Source of the DNA: Candidatus Poribacteria bacterium
GTDB lineage: Bacteria > Poribacteria > WGA-4E > PCPOR2b
Reading direction: 5' to 3'
DNA: 64,000 nucleotides
Assembly: GCA_965218095.1 (NCBI GenBank)
Contig: OZ244587.1
Span: 2,912,001 to 2,976,000, forward strand
Shown: one piece after another, positions 27,263-37,165 of the stretch
Position numbering within the stretch: the first letter of the stretch is position 1
Layout: each line of letters begins with the position of its first letter
The notes under the pieces: model-generated
Database searches by the model: none
What the model was told of the DNA's origin: nothing
Seen by the model: the letters and a program-made list of their open reading frames with translations, nothing else
Position numbers and translations under genes: made by a program

Positions 27263-30130
27263 TCAAGGCGCCAGGAGGTTAAACATGAATTCAAAGCGTG
27301 AATCTCCCTCGTCAAAACGGTAGCTGTACCTCACGCCCATATCCCATGGGATGAACAGTGAAAAGAGGTGAAAATCGAAGGTCAGCTCGGCACCCGCCGT
27401 CTGGTAGGTAGTGTGCTGAGACCCGTCCTTGCCCAAGCCGTAGTCGTAAAAAAAGTTGGTCTTGACGCGCTGGAGGTACACCAACGCCCCCAAGTTCCAG
27501 TCCGGGTAGAACAGCGGCAAGGCATAGTCAGCCGACCCCTGATAGAAGTGGCGATGGGAGTGGTAGTCATAGCCGCGGACAAAGGTCTGTTCGCTTTCAA
27601 AACGGTAGAGATTGTCATCATCTTGCCACTCGTAAGTACCCTTCAGTCGCAGGCTGTGGTGGGCAAAGAAACCGGGAAAGTTCAATCCCAGCCGCCCTGA
27701 CAGCAAGGTGATGTCGTAGTCGCCCGCAAAGGGCGTGTGGCGGTAGGTCAGTTTCAAGTTTTGACCCCAGGCCGGGGCCAGATCGCGCTCCGCCTTGTGG
27801 CGCGACCGAGATAAGGCGAGCTGGTACGACAGCGGCGCAAAACGCCCGTTCAGGTTTTCCTCGAACAAGCCGCTTGTATCGGGATGGTTTGGGTCGTTCT
27901 CGTCGGTGATATCGGTCAACTCTGCCTTTACGCTCAAATTGGCGGAAGAACTCCAGGGACCACGGGATAAATTCAAGGGCACTTCGACGCTGGCATGCAG
28001 GCTCTTTTCGGTCCACTTCTCAGTGATTTCCTTTATGTCAGAGTCGTCTTTAGTACCATCTTCCTCTTCAATCTCGTAAACTCCGATCCGCTTGCCCCAG
28101 CGTCCACCCACGCTGAAAATGGGATACCACGCCGACAAGCTGAAATCGCCCAAGACGCTGAAGGCGTTCTCGTTGCTATTGTATTCGACCCCGCTGCTAA
28201 GGCTGCTGAGATCGAGCAAATCGCTGGACGTGAGTTTGAGGGAGTGGTTTGCCCCGTCTGTCCGAGGAGCCCAACTGTGGATCTTGAGCAGATGGGCCAG
28301 TGGCCGATAGCGGCGTACCGGGTACACCTGCTGAGGGATGTTCGCCAACACGCTGCCGCCCTGCTCCTGGGCAATCAGCGGTTCGTAATAGCGTACACGG
28401 CGATCCACTACCTGCTCGATCGGTGTCCAGGTCGCCGGGTCTAGGGGCATGACCACGATGCGGTAGCCGTCAACAGTGTAATCCTCGAACAGGAGCGAAT
28501 CGCCGTTCACGGACACATGGGTGGCCGACAGTGGTCGAGAGGTCACCTGGTAGTGGCCCCCGCTTGATAGGTAAACAGCGTGGATATTGTCGATACCCGA
28601 ATAGGGCGAGTCGAACAGCAGGTAGGAACCCCAGAAAATCGGCCAGCCGATCTCGTCGTGGGTGTGCGGCAACACAATCTGCCCCTCGCCATTGACAGCA
28701 TCAATGCGCTCGAGCGCGTTGCCGTGTGCGTCCTGCCGCACGACAGCGATGTGGCGCCCGTCCTCCGACCACGCCGGCGTGCGCCAATACACCCCGTCGG
28801 GGGCTGGGAAACGCGCCTGCTCCGCGCCACTGGCTGTTTCCAACAGCACTAAGTGGCAGCGCCGGTCCGGTCCGAATTCAATGGCGGCGAGGCGTGTGCC
28901 ATCGGGCGAAGGAGCGGGCGCGAACAACTTGGCTTTGTGGGTGAGTTGGCGCATACTGCCGCTGGCGATGTCCAGCACCACCACGTCAGAATAGTCGCGA
29001 CGGCCCCAGCGCAGGTCCGGAATGTAGCGGTTCCAGGCCACTTTGCCGCCCGCCACGCGAATACCGCCCAGGGGCGAGTAGAAGCGCACGCGCTCCTCGC
29101 GGCCGTCGGGGTACAGCCGTATCAGCGTCGCCGGGTCGGCCATGCCGCTCTTGCTCGCCAGCACGCTGCCGTCTGCCAGGTAATGCGGGTATTTGTAGTT
29201 AGTCCATACGCCCGACTGGCTCTGCCCGGGGAGCACCCGCAACGGCGTTGTGTGCAGGTCTTTTTGCTGCGCCTGCCACAGCTCGGTCAACTCGTCCATC
29301 GTCCGCTCGTAGGTTTGGGAGGTGCTGGCACCGGTGTGTTTCTTGAGCGCACGGCTAAAGGCGAAGGGATGGAACGCCCGGTTGGCGAAACTGCCCATCA
29401 CCTTGTCCCACATCTCTGGACCGCAGCGGCGCTTGACGTAGGTCGTCGTAAAATACCCCAGCGTGTAGTGGTCGGGATACCAGTCGCGGTACGAGCGGTG
29501 GTAGGCCTTGTAGTAAGAATAGCGCCGTCCCGCCAGAAGCGGGGCACGTATGCCCAGATTGAACTGGGGCATGCGCCCACGCCCGCTCTCGCTCAGCGCC
29601 GTCTCAATCCCCACCGCATCCCCCTCCGAAGACCACTTCGGCTCCAACAGACCACCCACCAAGAATTCGCCCGTTTCGCCCGACAGCGCCCACCACAAGC
29701 GGATAAAGCCCCGGCGCATGCGGTCGGTCTGCACCACGTGGCGCATCTCGTGGAGCGCCAGCAATTGCAACCAGTCGCCGGGGAGGTCGCCAACGTTCTG
29801 GTCCGGGGTGGTTGACCACAAACTGCGACGCGGTGCCAAGCCGACAAAACCGTTAGACACGGTCGTTTGGTTGGTCAGCACCACCTCCAGTGGCTTTTGC
29901 GGCCCCCGCAGCGTTTTGGAGACGGGGCCGTAGGTGTGTTCGAGCGTATTGGCTAACCGCTGGCCGTCGTTGGTAATCTCCTCGGGGAAAATGATCGTGA
30001 ATCGATCTGTTTTAATCTGTCGCCAGTCCACGCCAGGCGGGGTTTGCCCCGACAAAAAGTTTTGCTGCGCGAACGACGTGCCGGCGATCAGCGCCGCCAC
30101 CGCGATTGCTACCAGCATCTTGGTTATCAT
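27263..30130 (-). CDS. Exported protein: zincin-like HExxH domain, TolB-like propeller and C-terminal Omp85/BamA-like barrel
   Basis: Signal peptide; LALHEMRH...EGDA; PSPDG and PAWSEDG blades; FVRGY and barrel strands. Visibly GC-rich. Confidence 0.8.
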   Translation of the reverse strand: MITKMLVAIAVAALIAGTSFAQQNFLSGQTPPGVDWRQIKTDRFTIIFPEEITNDGQRLANTLEHTYGPVSKTLRGPQKPLEVVLTNQTTVSNGFVGLAPRRSLWSTTPDQNVGDLPGDWLQLLALHEMRHVVQTDRMRRGFIRLWWALSGETGEFLVGGLLEPKWSSEGDAVGIETALSESGRGRMPQFNLGIRAPLLAGRRYSYYKAYHRSYRDWYPDHYTLGYFTTTYVKRRCGPEMWDKVMGSFANRAFHPFAFSRALKKHTGASTSQTYERTMDELTELWQAQQKDLHTTPLRVLPGQSQSGVWTNYKYPHYLADGSVLASKSGMADPATLIRLYPDGREERVRFYSPLGGIRVAGGKVAWNRYIPDLRWGRRDYSDVVVLDIASGSMRQLTHKAKLFAPAPSPDGTRLAAIEFGPDRRCHLVLLETASGAEQARFPAPDGVYWRTPAWSEDGRHIAVVRQDAHGNALERIDAVNGEGQIVLPHTHDEIGWPIFWGSYLLFDSPYSGIDNIHAVYLSSGGHYQVTSRPLSATHVSVNGDSLLFEDYTVDGYRIVVMPLDPATWTPIEQVVDRRVRYYEPLIAQEQGGSVLANIPQQVYPVRRYRPLAHLLKIHSWAPRTDGANHSLKLTSSDLLDLSSLSSGVEYNSNENAFSVLGDFSLSAWYPIFSVGGRWGKRIGVYEIEEEDGTKDDSDIKEITEKWTEKSLHASVEVPLNLSRGPWSSSANLSVKAELTDITDENDPNHPDTSGLFEENLNGRFAPLSYQLALSRSRHKAERDLAPAWGQNLKLTYRHTPFAGDYDITLLSGRLGLNFPGFFAHHSLRLKGTYEWQDDDNLYRFESEQTFVRGYDYHSHRHFYQGSADYALPLFYPDWNLGALVYLQRVKTNFFYDYGLGKDGSQHTTYQTAGAELTFDFHLFSLFIPWDMGVRYSYRFDEGDSRFEFMFNLLAP

Positions 30131-30202
30131 ACTCGTTTCCTCCTCTGCCCGGCTCAGTTGCGGCGGGCGAAGCAGTAGAGGTAGTCTTTACTACACGACC
30201 CC

Positions 30203-30231
30203 ATTATAGCAAGAAATCAGGGCTTTGTCAA
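30203..30231 (-). promoter_or_regulatory. Consensus sigma70 promoter
   Basis: Minus strand TTGACA-N17-TATAAT with extended TG, upstream of the 955-aa gene. Confidence 0.8.
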
Positions 30232-30313
30232 ATTTTTAGTAACTTTACTAGAGGTGTACAATAGAATTCCGCAAAGCTGCACACCAATGGATCTAGACGG
30301 CATCAGATCGGAC

Positions 30314-30349
30314 GAGGAGATTCGCAGAACTTTTCCTGCGAATCTCCTC
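30314..30349. terminator. Perfect 14-bp hairpin
   Basis: GAGGAGATTCGCAG...CTGCGAATCTCCTC directly after the stop at 30355. Confidence 0.55.
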
Positions 30350-30354
30350 AACTG

Positions 30355-30600
30355 TTAATTGAACGTTGCAGTGAAAAGGATTCCGATGCTCGCCGTATTG
30401 AGATCGAATTCCTCTCCTTTTGGATTCTCGTCAGGAAGAACGGTATAAAACAACTGTCCTGCAACACCAATTCCCCAATTGTCACTCACCCACCACTCCT
30501 TACCAATCGCTACATTTATGCCATAACCAAGATCCGTTTCAAATTTCTCCACGTCGGATTCAACAATCCCTCTAGCAAGAGCAATTGAACCAGATAAATG
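30355..30600 (-). pseudogene. C-terminal fragment of an outer-membrane beta-barrel
   Basis: GKEWWVSDNWGIGVAG...FTATFN; no signal peptide or N-terminal half. Confidence 0.6.
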
Positions 30601-30981
30601 ACGCTTCGCCTGGGCATGAAGTTTATTTTTGAAAGCGAACAAAATTTCAGGCAACGCTGATCAAGATGCACCAGATGGGGCAATAAGGAAATAATACCCT
30701 ATTACGGACGAAACCCACGATAACTCTGTGGAGACAAGCCACCTTGTGGCAGTTCTTGCCGATGTGGGAGTCTACTCCTGCGCCATTATTACTGCACTTT
30801 CAATATGGAGTTGGTGGTATGGAAATAATGCTTGCTTTTCTGCACTGATGTGCTATAATTTTTTACCAAAGCTAAGTGGTTCATGTCGTAAGTTCGTATA
30901 GTGTTTTAGACCTGACAGGTTTTTGAAACTTGTTTGGATGTACTGTGCGTCAGCAATCTGGAGAAAAGCGTGCGAAAAAAC

Positions 30982-31010
30982 TTGCAGAGGCGGTTGATGC
31001 CGTGTATAAT
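30982..31010 (+). promoter_or_regulatory. Sigma70-type promoter
   Basis: TTGCAG-N17-TATAAT. Confidence 0.6.
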
Positions 31011-31098
31011 CTCAGTTATCACAACATGCCGGCGGACGATTTCAGGACGCGTTAATTGTGTCGCCGCGATCAAAGGCGCGCACCAAAACATCTTGTTT

Positions 31099-31200
31099 GT
31101 AGTCGCGCAATTGCCCCGCTATGCGGGATTCAAAGCAACTTGCATCCCGATCCATCGGGGTCATTGCGCGTTTGGGACCGACGATGAATCGTCCCGCTAC
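31099..31200. repeat. GTAG-type REP doublet with nested hairpins
   Basis: GTAGTCGCGCAAT[...]TCATTGCGCG ... GACGATGAATCGTCCCGCTAC. Confidence 0.55.
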
Positions 31201-31321
31201 ACGGGATCTCGCTACGCTAGAGACCTCACTACAAACCATTACTTTCTTTTTGAAAATTACTTAACACACGAGATGCCTCACGTTTTACGCAATACGCATG
31301 AGTTTGATCAGGAACGTTTAA

Positions 31322-32923
31322 GTGCAGCGTAAAGGAATGAATTACAAGGATATCCTTAAAAACGCTCCCACAGAGTATTGTCAACGGGCAGCGCGCTGGA
31401 TTGGATTAACTGGACAACTTACAGCATCGAAACTACGAAAAGAAATTGTTCAGATGTTTCTCAATCCGGCGTCCCTGAGAAATTTAACTGCACGTCTCAG
31501 TTCTTGCGAGCGTTTAGTGCTGACAATGCTTGCATTTTCCTGCGGTAAAGCCGGTGTGCCATTCCATCTATTCAATCAGAAAGTCAATCAAATGAGTCGT
31601 GGGTGGTCAAATACAGGCGGAGAAGTCCTGCGTACTCTTGCTGAATCCGGATTTATTTTCACGATCGCAGTAAGGGGCATGCAATATCATTATATTATCC
31701 CCGAAGATCTCTGCCGACTGCTGCAAGAAATTTTCGCGCAAGATGTAAACGGAGCACTCAGATCGCCTGAAGAAATGCCCAAGCGTATTCGCAGCGATGG
31801 ATTTGCGCTAATCCGAGATACTTTCACCTTTCTCTGCTTTGCTTCCCAGTATGGAATCGGGAGGACACAACAAGGAAACATCTACAAGCGTACACAGAAA
31901 CGGCTTCTCAGATGTTTTGAAGCACCGGCTGAGACACCAAAGGTCTACAACCGGATTAATCCAACAGAGGGCAATCCGGATCGTTTAGCTTTTATTTTTC
32001 AATTTTGCTGGCGTCAAAAGCTGATTGTTCAGGACGATTCCGATCTTCGATGTAGTGATGCGGGGCAAAAATGGATTCGCAAAACTGATGCAGAGAAAAT
32101 CGTGGATGTATACAGCGATTGGGTAGAGTACTACGCATTGAGAGGATCGTTAGTCTCAGCATTGAGAAGATCGTTAGTCTCAACTGCTCTATCTATTGTG
32201 CGGACCCTTCCGCCGGATCGCTGGATACTTCTATCCTCAGTCCAAGAGCAGGTTTCCAAATTCACTGTGGACACAATCTGGAACCAGACGCTTTACTCTT
32301 ATCTTGAACGTTCATTCGTCAATCACTTCACCTATATGGGAGGGATAGCATTTGCTTACACTGGAGACGATATTGCGATTCAGGTAACGGATCGGGGACG
32401 ACGCCTTTTAGATGGAGAAACAATCGAGAGCTATGCACCGGAGTCGTCGTTTATCCTCCAACCCAACCACGAGGTGCTTGCTTCAAGTCATCTGCATCCT
32501 GAACTCCGGTGGACACTCAACCATATTGCGGCGCTCCATCAAGCCGATCAGGTATCGGTCTATAAATTCTCCGCCGAATCGATCTACGAGGGCTTACGTT
32601 CAGGCATATCCCTTGATGAGATCCTGGCGTTTTTGAGGACCTATTCCAAAACAGGCATCCCCCAAAACGTCGAGATTTCGATTAAAGAGTGGGCAGAACA
32701 GTATGGGCAAATCTACTTCATGGACGTGATGCTGCTGCGCTGCAAAAATGAACGTATCGCCCAAGAGATCAAAGCCTCCAAGCAGATTGGGAAGTATATT
32801 CTTGGCGAGATTTCCCCCATGGATCTCGTGGTGTCTCGCCGGAAGTATAAGGAACTCCTCTCGTTACTTGAAAAGCAGAACTATATGCCATTGCCGGAAG
32901 TTGTCACATTAGATCAGGAATAG
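31322..32923 (+). CDS. Helicase-associated domain protein (XPB/Ssl2 N-terminal, Helicase_C_3-like)
   Basis: FILQPNHEV...YKFSAESI..GL..G..LDEILAFL..YSKTGIPQNV..SI.EW; no Walker motifs. Confidence 0.8.
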   Translation: MQRKGMNYKDILKNAPTEYCQRAARWIGLTGQLTASKLRKEIVQMFLNPASLRNLTARLSSCERLVLTMLAFSCGKAGVPFHLFNQKVNQMSRGWSNTGGEVLRTLAESGFIFTIAVRGMQYHYIIPEDLCRLLQEIFAQDVNGALRSPEEMPKRIRSDGFALIRDTFTFLCFASQYGIGRTQQGNIYKRTQKRLLRCFEAPAETPKVYNRINPTEGNPDRLAFIFQFCWRQKLIVQDDSDLRCSDAGQKWIRKTDAEKIVDVYSDWVEYYALRGSLVSALRRSLVSTALSIVRTLPPDRWILLSSVQEQVSKFTVDTIWNQTLYSYLERSFVNHFTYMGGIAFAYTGDDIAIQVTDRGRRLLDGETIESYAPESSFILQPNHEVLASSHLHPELRWTLNHIAALHQADQVSVYKFSAESIYEGLRSGISLDEILAFLRTYSKTGIPQNVEISIKEWAEQYGQIYFMDVMLLRCKNERIAQEIKASKQIGKYILGEISPMDLVVSRRKYKELLSLLEKQNYMPLPEVVTLDQE

Positions 32924-32944
32924 GTTATGGGGTATCGTCAGGAT

Positions 32945-33004
32945 AGAACCGCAGATGCCGTAGAATTTCGCGGATACGCCCAATCCTATGAAATCCGTGG
33001 TTCT
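32945..33004. repeat. REP-like palindromic element (second copy at 47527-47602)
   Basis: Both copies begin ACCGCAGAT..CGTAG and end AATCCTA...ATCCGTGGTTCT. Confidence 0.6.
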
Positions 33005-33047
33005 ACACACGCAATGAATCGAACAGCGACCACAAAAGGAATGATAA

Positions 33048-34988
33048 ATGAACTCAAAAACAATCCGGCTGCATTATGAAGGGTTTGCAGCTTTTGATGC
33101 AAATACCCGCCATCCCAACCTCGATCTTGATGCGGATTCAGGATGCCTGAGTCTCACGAAGGGCGTCACTTACGCCGATGAGATGGGCGCCTGCAACAAT
33201 CGGGACATTGAGACGGTGTCTCGGACGCAGTGGATTCGGAAAGAATTCTGGATTGATAATCCTGCCGCTGATGGTGCTGTCCTGCTGCCGTACATTAGCA
33301 ACAAGCCGAAAGCAGGGAGTCGGTTACGCATCACAATCAACGATCAGACCACCGTGATTTTTGAGGAACCGGAGGAACGGGAGTATTGGGTGGATTGCTG
33401 GACAAATATTCCGATTCTCGTTGAAGCACTACGGCCCGGATTAAATCGTTTTACTTTTCAAGCAGATGGGGAGGAAACGTGGGGATTTCTGGTTGAGCAG
33501 TCCCGTCTTCCCAACCGGAGTGCAAAGAGCCGCGATGCAGGACGCAACTGGGATGATGAGCGTCTTGGCGTCAACGATGCTTGCGACGGCGAATACATGA
33601 TTCGATTGAAGCTTGATCAACACCCCTTGTGTGGTGTAATGGAATCGCCGGCGATCGATCTCGGGAAGCTGGTGTCGACGGATGAGATTGCGGCGTCGTT
33701 TAATCTGAATCGCATCAAATTTCACCTCAAAGCCGACGCGCCGGATGGCACGCAGATTGATCTGAAATACAGACTCGGATCCACGCCAGAATATGATTTG
33801 GCGACATGGACGGATTGGATGTCTACCGATGTGTTGCAACCAATTCAGGCGCCACATCGTTATTTGCAGTGGCAAATGACTCTGCGAACTAAGGAGGCGC
33901 TGGTAACACCGCGCGTGGAGCGCTTGGAGGTTGATGTAAAGGTTCAGCCGGAGATTGACCAACCCATGCTCGGGATGATCGCGTGGGATGTCCCAGAAGT
34001 TGTTCAGGGTTCCTATCGTTTTTCCTATCTTCCCTACGAGACGAAACGTGGGGAAATCTTCCGCAATCGCTGGAAACTCGACGAGGCGACCGCCGGGGCA
34101 ACCTCCGAGTTTGATCAGTTTGTCCGCTTGAGCGCGTGGATTCGGCAGCAATGGGAAAATGGTTGGAACATGGGGGCAATCGACTTCTGTCCGCCGTGGG
34201 ACGGCATGGTGATCTTAGAGCTTGCATCCCGGCAACTGAGCCTGGGGATGTGCACGCACTACACAACTGTGTTTGTGCACGCCTGTGCAGCGTTAGGGCT
34301 GATCGCCAGGACCCTGGTGATTCGCGGCCACTGTGTGGCAGAGGTGTGGTCGGAGGAATATAATAAATGGGTCATGATCGACACCGGCGGCGATTCCAAT
34401 GACGAAACCAAAGCGACATACTACTACGCGAGAAATGGCGTACCGATGAGCGCGCTTGAGATCCACAATGCTTGGATACGGCAGGACTTCGGCGGTGTGG
34501 CTATCGAACCTGAACATGCTGCCGAACGGTTTAAAAACGAAGTCATCAACCGCATGCAGTTGTTCGAGCGGTTCTGTATTCAACTCCGTAACGATGAGCT
34601 CCGCACGCTCAGCCCCGGCGAGCCGGAGCATGGCGCGGGGTCGTACCACTACGATGGCTACCTGTGGTGGAAAGATGATCAGACGCCACCTAATCCGTGG
34701 TTTTCCAAACATTCCGGCAGAATCGCTGATTTCTATTGGACACCGAATCGCACAGAGATTCACCTGAGCCGGACTGATCACCCAGAGGTGCTCGGAGTTG
34801 ATCTCTGTACCACGATGCCCAACTTCAAGCACTATCTGGTACAGATAGGCGATAGTGATTGGGAACCAGAACCAAATCACTTCAGTTGGAAGTTACGTCG
34901 AGGAGAAAACCACTTGCATGTAAAAGCGATTAGCAAGTTTGGCTCGGTAGGTAAGGAGAGCCGTATTGCTGTGAGATATGATGTGTGA
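33048..34988 (+). CDS. Transglutaminase-like domain protein
   Basis: GMCTHY...GHCVAEVW...KWVMID Cys-His-Asp triad. Confidence 0.8.
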   Translation: MNSKTIRLHYEGFAAFDANTRHPNLDLDADSGCLSLTKGVTYADEMGACNNRDIETVSRTQWIRKEFWIDNPAADGAVLLPYISNKPKAGSRLRITINDQTTVIFEEPEEREYWVDCWTNIPILVEALRPGLNRFTFQADGEETWGFLVEQSRLPNRSAKSRDAGRNWDDERLGVNDACDGEYMIRLKLDQHPLCGVMESPAIDLGKLVSTDEIAASFNLNRIKFHLKADAPDGTQIDLKYRLGSTPEYDLATWTDWMSTDVLQPIQAPHRYLQWQMTLRTKEALVTPRVERLEVDVKVQPEIDQPMLGMIAWDVPEVVQGSYRFSYLPYETKRGEIFRNRWKLDEATAGATSEFDQFVRLSAWIRQQWENGWNMGAIDFCPPWDGMVILELASRQLSLGMCTHYTTVFVHACAALGLIARTLVIRGHCVAEVWSEEYNKWVMIDTGGDSNDETKATYYYARNGVPMSALEIHNAWIRQDFGGVAIEPEHAAERFKNEVINRMQLFERFCIQLRNDELRTLSPGEPEHGAGSYHYDGYLWWKDDQTPPNPWFSKHSGRIADFYWTPNRTEIHLSRTDHPEVLGVDLCTTMPNFKHYLVQIGDSDWEPEPNHFSWKLRRGENHLHVKAISKFGSVGKESRIAVRYDV

Positions 34989-35070
34989 AATCTAGTACTG
35001 ACGTAATGCGTGATGCGTAGAGGGTTGAAGGTAATACCAGATCCAGATCGAAAGGCTACTAATTCCCTTT

Positions 35071-35130
35071 TGTAATGGTGACTTCAGTCGCTCTGACCGC
35101 CGTGGCAAACGACTCAAGTCGTCACTACAA
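35071..35130. repeat. GTAG-type REP doublet
   Basis: TGTAATGGTGACTTCAGTCGC ... ACGACTCAAGTCGTCACTACAA. Confidence 0.6.
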
Positions 35131-35237
35131 AGCCAGCTATCTTCTCGCGAGAACGAATAGCTTATGTCGGAGTTAGTAGCGGATTGATCCAAAACTGGCA
35201 CAAACGTTTAATGATCGACAGAATGGAGTGATTTCAC

Positions 35238-35710
35238 GTGTTCAAGCGCGTTCAGTATTGGTGTGTAAAACTCGCGATTGCGCTGTCGCTCTTTTCCACG
35301 ATACACGGTTGTGGAAACAGATCCCCTCTGGTGGAAGAAGATTTCAGGGATACTACTTATACGGGGACGGGTCTTCCACAGTTCTCCAAGCCCATCCCGC
35401 CGGATGTTCTGGGGACGACTGGAATCGCAGCACAGCCATCTTTACAGGTGCAGATTATGAGATGTTGCCATGAATTCAGGAAAAATCGGATTGGTGGGAA
35501 ACCGGTTCCGCATACCGGGTGCGATTGCGATTTGCATCATCTGCACAAGGTTCCCTAGCAGGTGTGGGGTATGATGATTATATGACGGCAGAACTCCCTA
35601 TCAACCGAGACGATCCGGAACGCACTGTTCATCAGATCTGCCGGGACCTGGACAAAATCGTTGTTGGGGAGTTGACGCCTCGCTTGATTGGGTTTTTGCT
35701 GAACCGGTGA
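35238..35710 (+). pseudogene. Adjacent remnants: lipoprotein N-terminus and sugar-phosphate isomerase C-terminus
   Basis: Lipobox IHGC; downstream LAGVGYDDYMTAEL is an AP2/xylose-isomerase-type tail. Confidence 0.4.
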
Positions 35711-36548
35711 AACCTATCGATCAAGCTTGTCAGACCACGCTTGCTCGCATTGATTTTACATTGCAACTCCCTGGCAAGATTCGCCAGCAGATCCACACCA
35801 TTTTCCCGCGCATTTTCCACATCCTGTTTTAACCGATAGGTTCGGCTAGATTTGATTCGGTTCATATCACGCCGCAAATCTCCAATGGTGTGCATCAGTC
35901 GATGGTGTGCATCAGTCGATTCATTTCCTTTGTGAATCTTCGCTTTCTTTCCTGTATTGTTTCGTTTGTTGACTCAACCGGCGGCTCATCTTCGACGCTC
36001 ATTCGTTCAAGGGTTTGAACATCCCGCTCCTCGTAAGCACGATTAATCAGCGTCATCATCTGCTTCTGCTTTCCGCGTTTCTCGTCGCTGCGTACTTTGT
36101 CCGGATGATAACACTTGGCGAGCCGCAGGTAAAGGGCCCGAAGCTGCTTCATCTGCCCTGGAGAGAGCGCCGACGTTTTTGATTCTTCAGCCGCTTTCTC
36201 TTTCCCATCCGTCTCACGATTATCATTTGCTAATTGCTTACGCGCCGTGCGGAAACACGCTTCGACACGCGCTTCCATCTCTGGGCTATCCCCCGGTATT
36301 CCTTCCTGGAGCAGGCGCAGACGAAGCCGATATTCCTTTGTCCGGAGTTCGACTCTATCGAGTTCAAAGTAGCATTAGGCGAGACGGACGTTATACGCTT
36401 TTTCAAATCGGCGCACATCAAGCTTGAGCGCTTCCAGGCCAAGCGTCATTTCAACCACCTGCTCACGCTTTAACCGAATCTCGGTTAGCAACTGTTCAAC
36501 TTCAATTTCGTTGCCGGTTTTGATGCGGATAAGGGGGGATTGGGGCAT
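35632..36548 (-). pseudogene. Coiled-coil J-domain protein broken by a TAA and a 17-bp duplication
   Basis: ATG at 36548; in-frame TAA at 36375-36377; YLRLAKCYHPDK...MTLINRAYE; tandem repeat at 35885-35918 shifts the frame. Confidence 0.75.
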
Positions 36549-36622
36549 GGTTAGCTATCCCTCTGGAAGGGCGAGTCTTTGGAGTGCCAAACCTGTTTTG
36601 CCACCGAAACAGAGCAACGGAT

Positions 36623-37120
36623 CTAACTCTGATATCTCCGTCCCGGATCTCGATAAATAACACGTCCCCGTGTTAAATCGTAAGGCGAAAGTTCGACGAG
36701 CACCTTGTCTCCAGGCAGAATTCTGATGAAATTCTTCCGCATCCTGCCGGAGATGTGAGCCAAGATCTCATGTTTGTTATCTAGTTCAACGCGAAACATC
36801 GCGTTGGGCAAGGTTTCAACGACAGTTCCTTGTACCTCGATCTTGTCTTCCTTTGCCTTCACTTGAGGCTGGACACCATCTGTGGTTTCCTGATTCTCTT
36901 TCTGGTCAGGCAAATCAGCCTTATCTTTACGAAAATCACGCTTGTTTCTCTTTTTACTTCTACTTTTTGCAGATGTTGCTTTGCCTTGTGCAGGTCCCCT
37001 ACCTTGTGCAGGTCCCCTACCTTGTGCAGGTCCCCTACCTCGTGTCGGTCCCCTACCTTGTGTCGGTCTATTTCTACTTTGTGAAGCGCTTCTTCTTTGT
37101 GCCGGTCTTTTACCTCTCAC
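36623..37120 (-). CDS. infA: Translation initiation factor IF-1 with long basic N-terminal extension
   Basis: [27 protein letters not shown]...[13 protein letters not shown]; GAGGAG RBS before GTG at 37120. Confidence 0.93.
   Translation of the reverse strand: MRGKRPAQRRSASQSRNRPTQGRGPTRGRGPAQGRGPAQGRGPAQGKATSAKSRSKKRNKRDFRKDKADLPDQKENQETTDGVQPQVKAKEDKIEVQGTVVETLPNAMFRVELDNKHEILAHISGRMRKNFIRILPGDKVLVELSPYDLTRGRVIYRDPGRRYQS
36984..37068. repeat. About 5 copies of an 18-bp coding tandem repeat
   Basis: CCTTGTGCAGGTCCCCTA units encoding P(A/T)(Q/R)GRG. Confidence 0.9.
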
Positions 37121-37165
37121 TCGTATACATCTCCTCTGTATGGGTTAAAGGGTGAGTTGATCTAT

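Noticed and set aside
28853-29815. Long antisense ORFs (this 320-aa ORF, also 10479-11195, 15163-15948 and 33441-34151)
   Set aside because: Shadows of real genes on the opposite strand; no motifs or RBS.
30730-30810. Possible C-terminal remnant of a heavy-metal P-type ATPase (ATLW/AVLADVGV)
   Set aside because: Too short and frame-broken to support as a feature without a search.
31020-31200. 6S RNA, tmRNA or retron msr-msd
   Set aside because: No symmetric central bubble, no tRNA-like ends or tag, and no RT nearby. Most of the pairing is explained by a REP doublet, so it is kept only as a candidate leader.
36984-37068. CRISPR array
   Set aside because: The 18-bp units are contiguous with no spacers, lie in frame within infA, and no cas genes are present.
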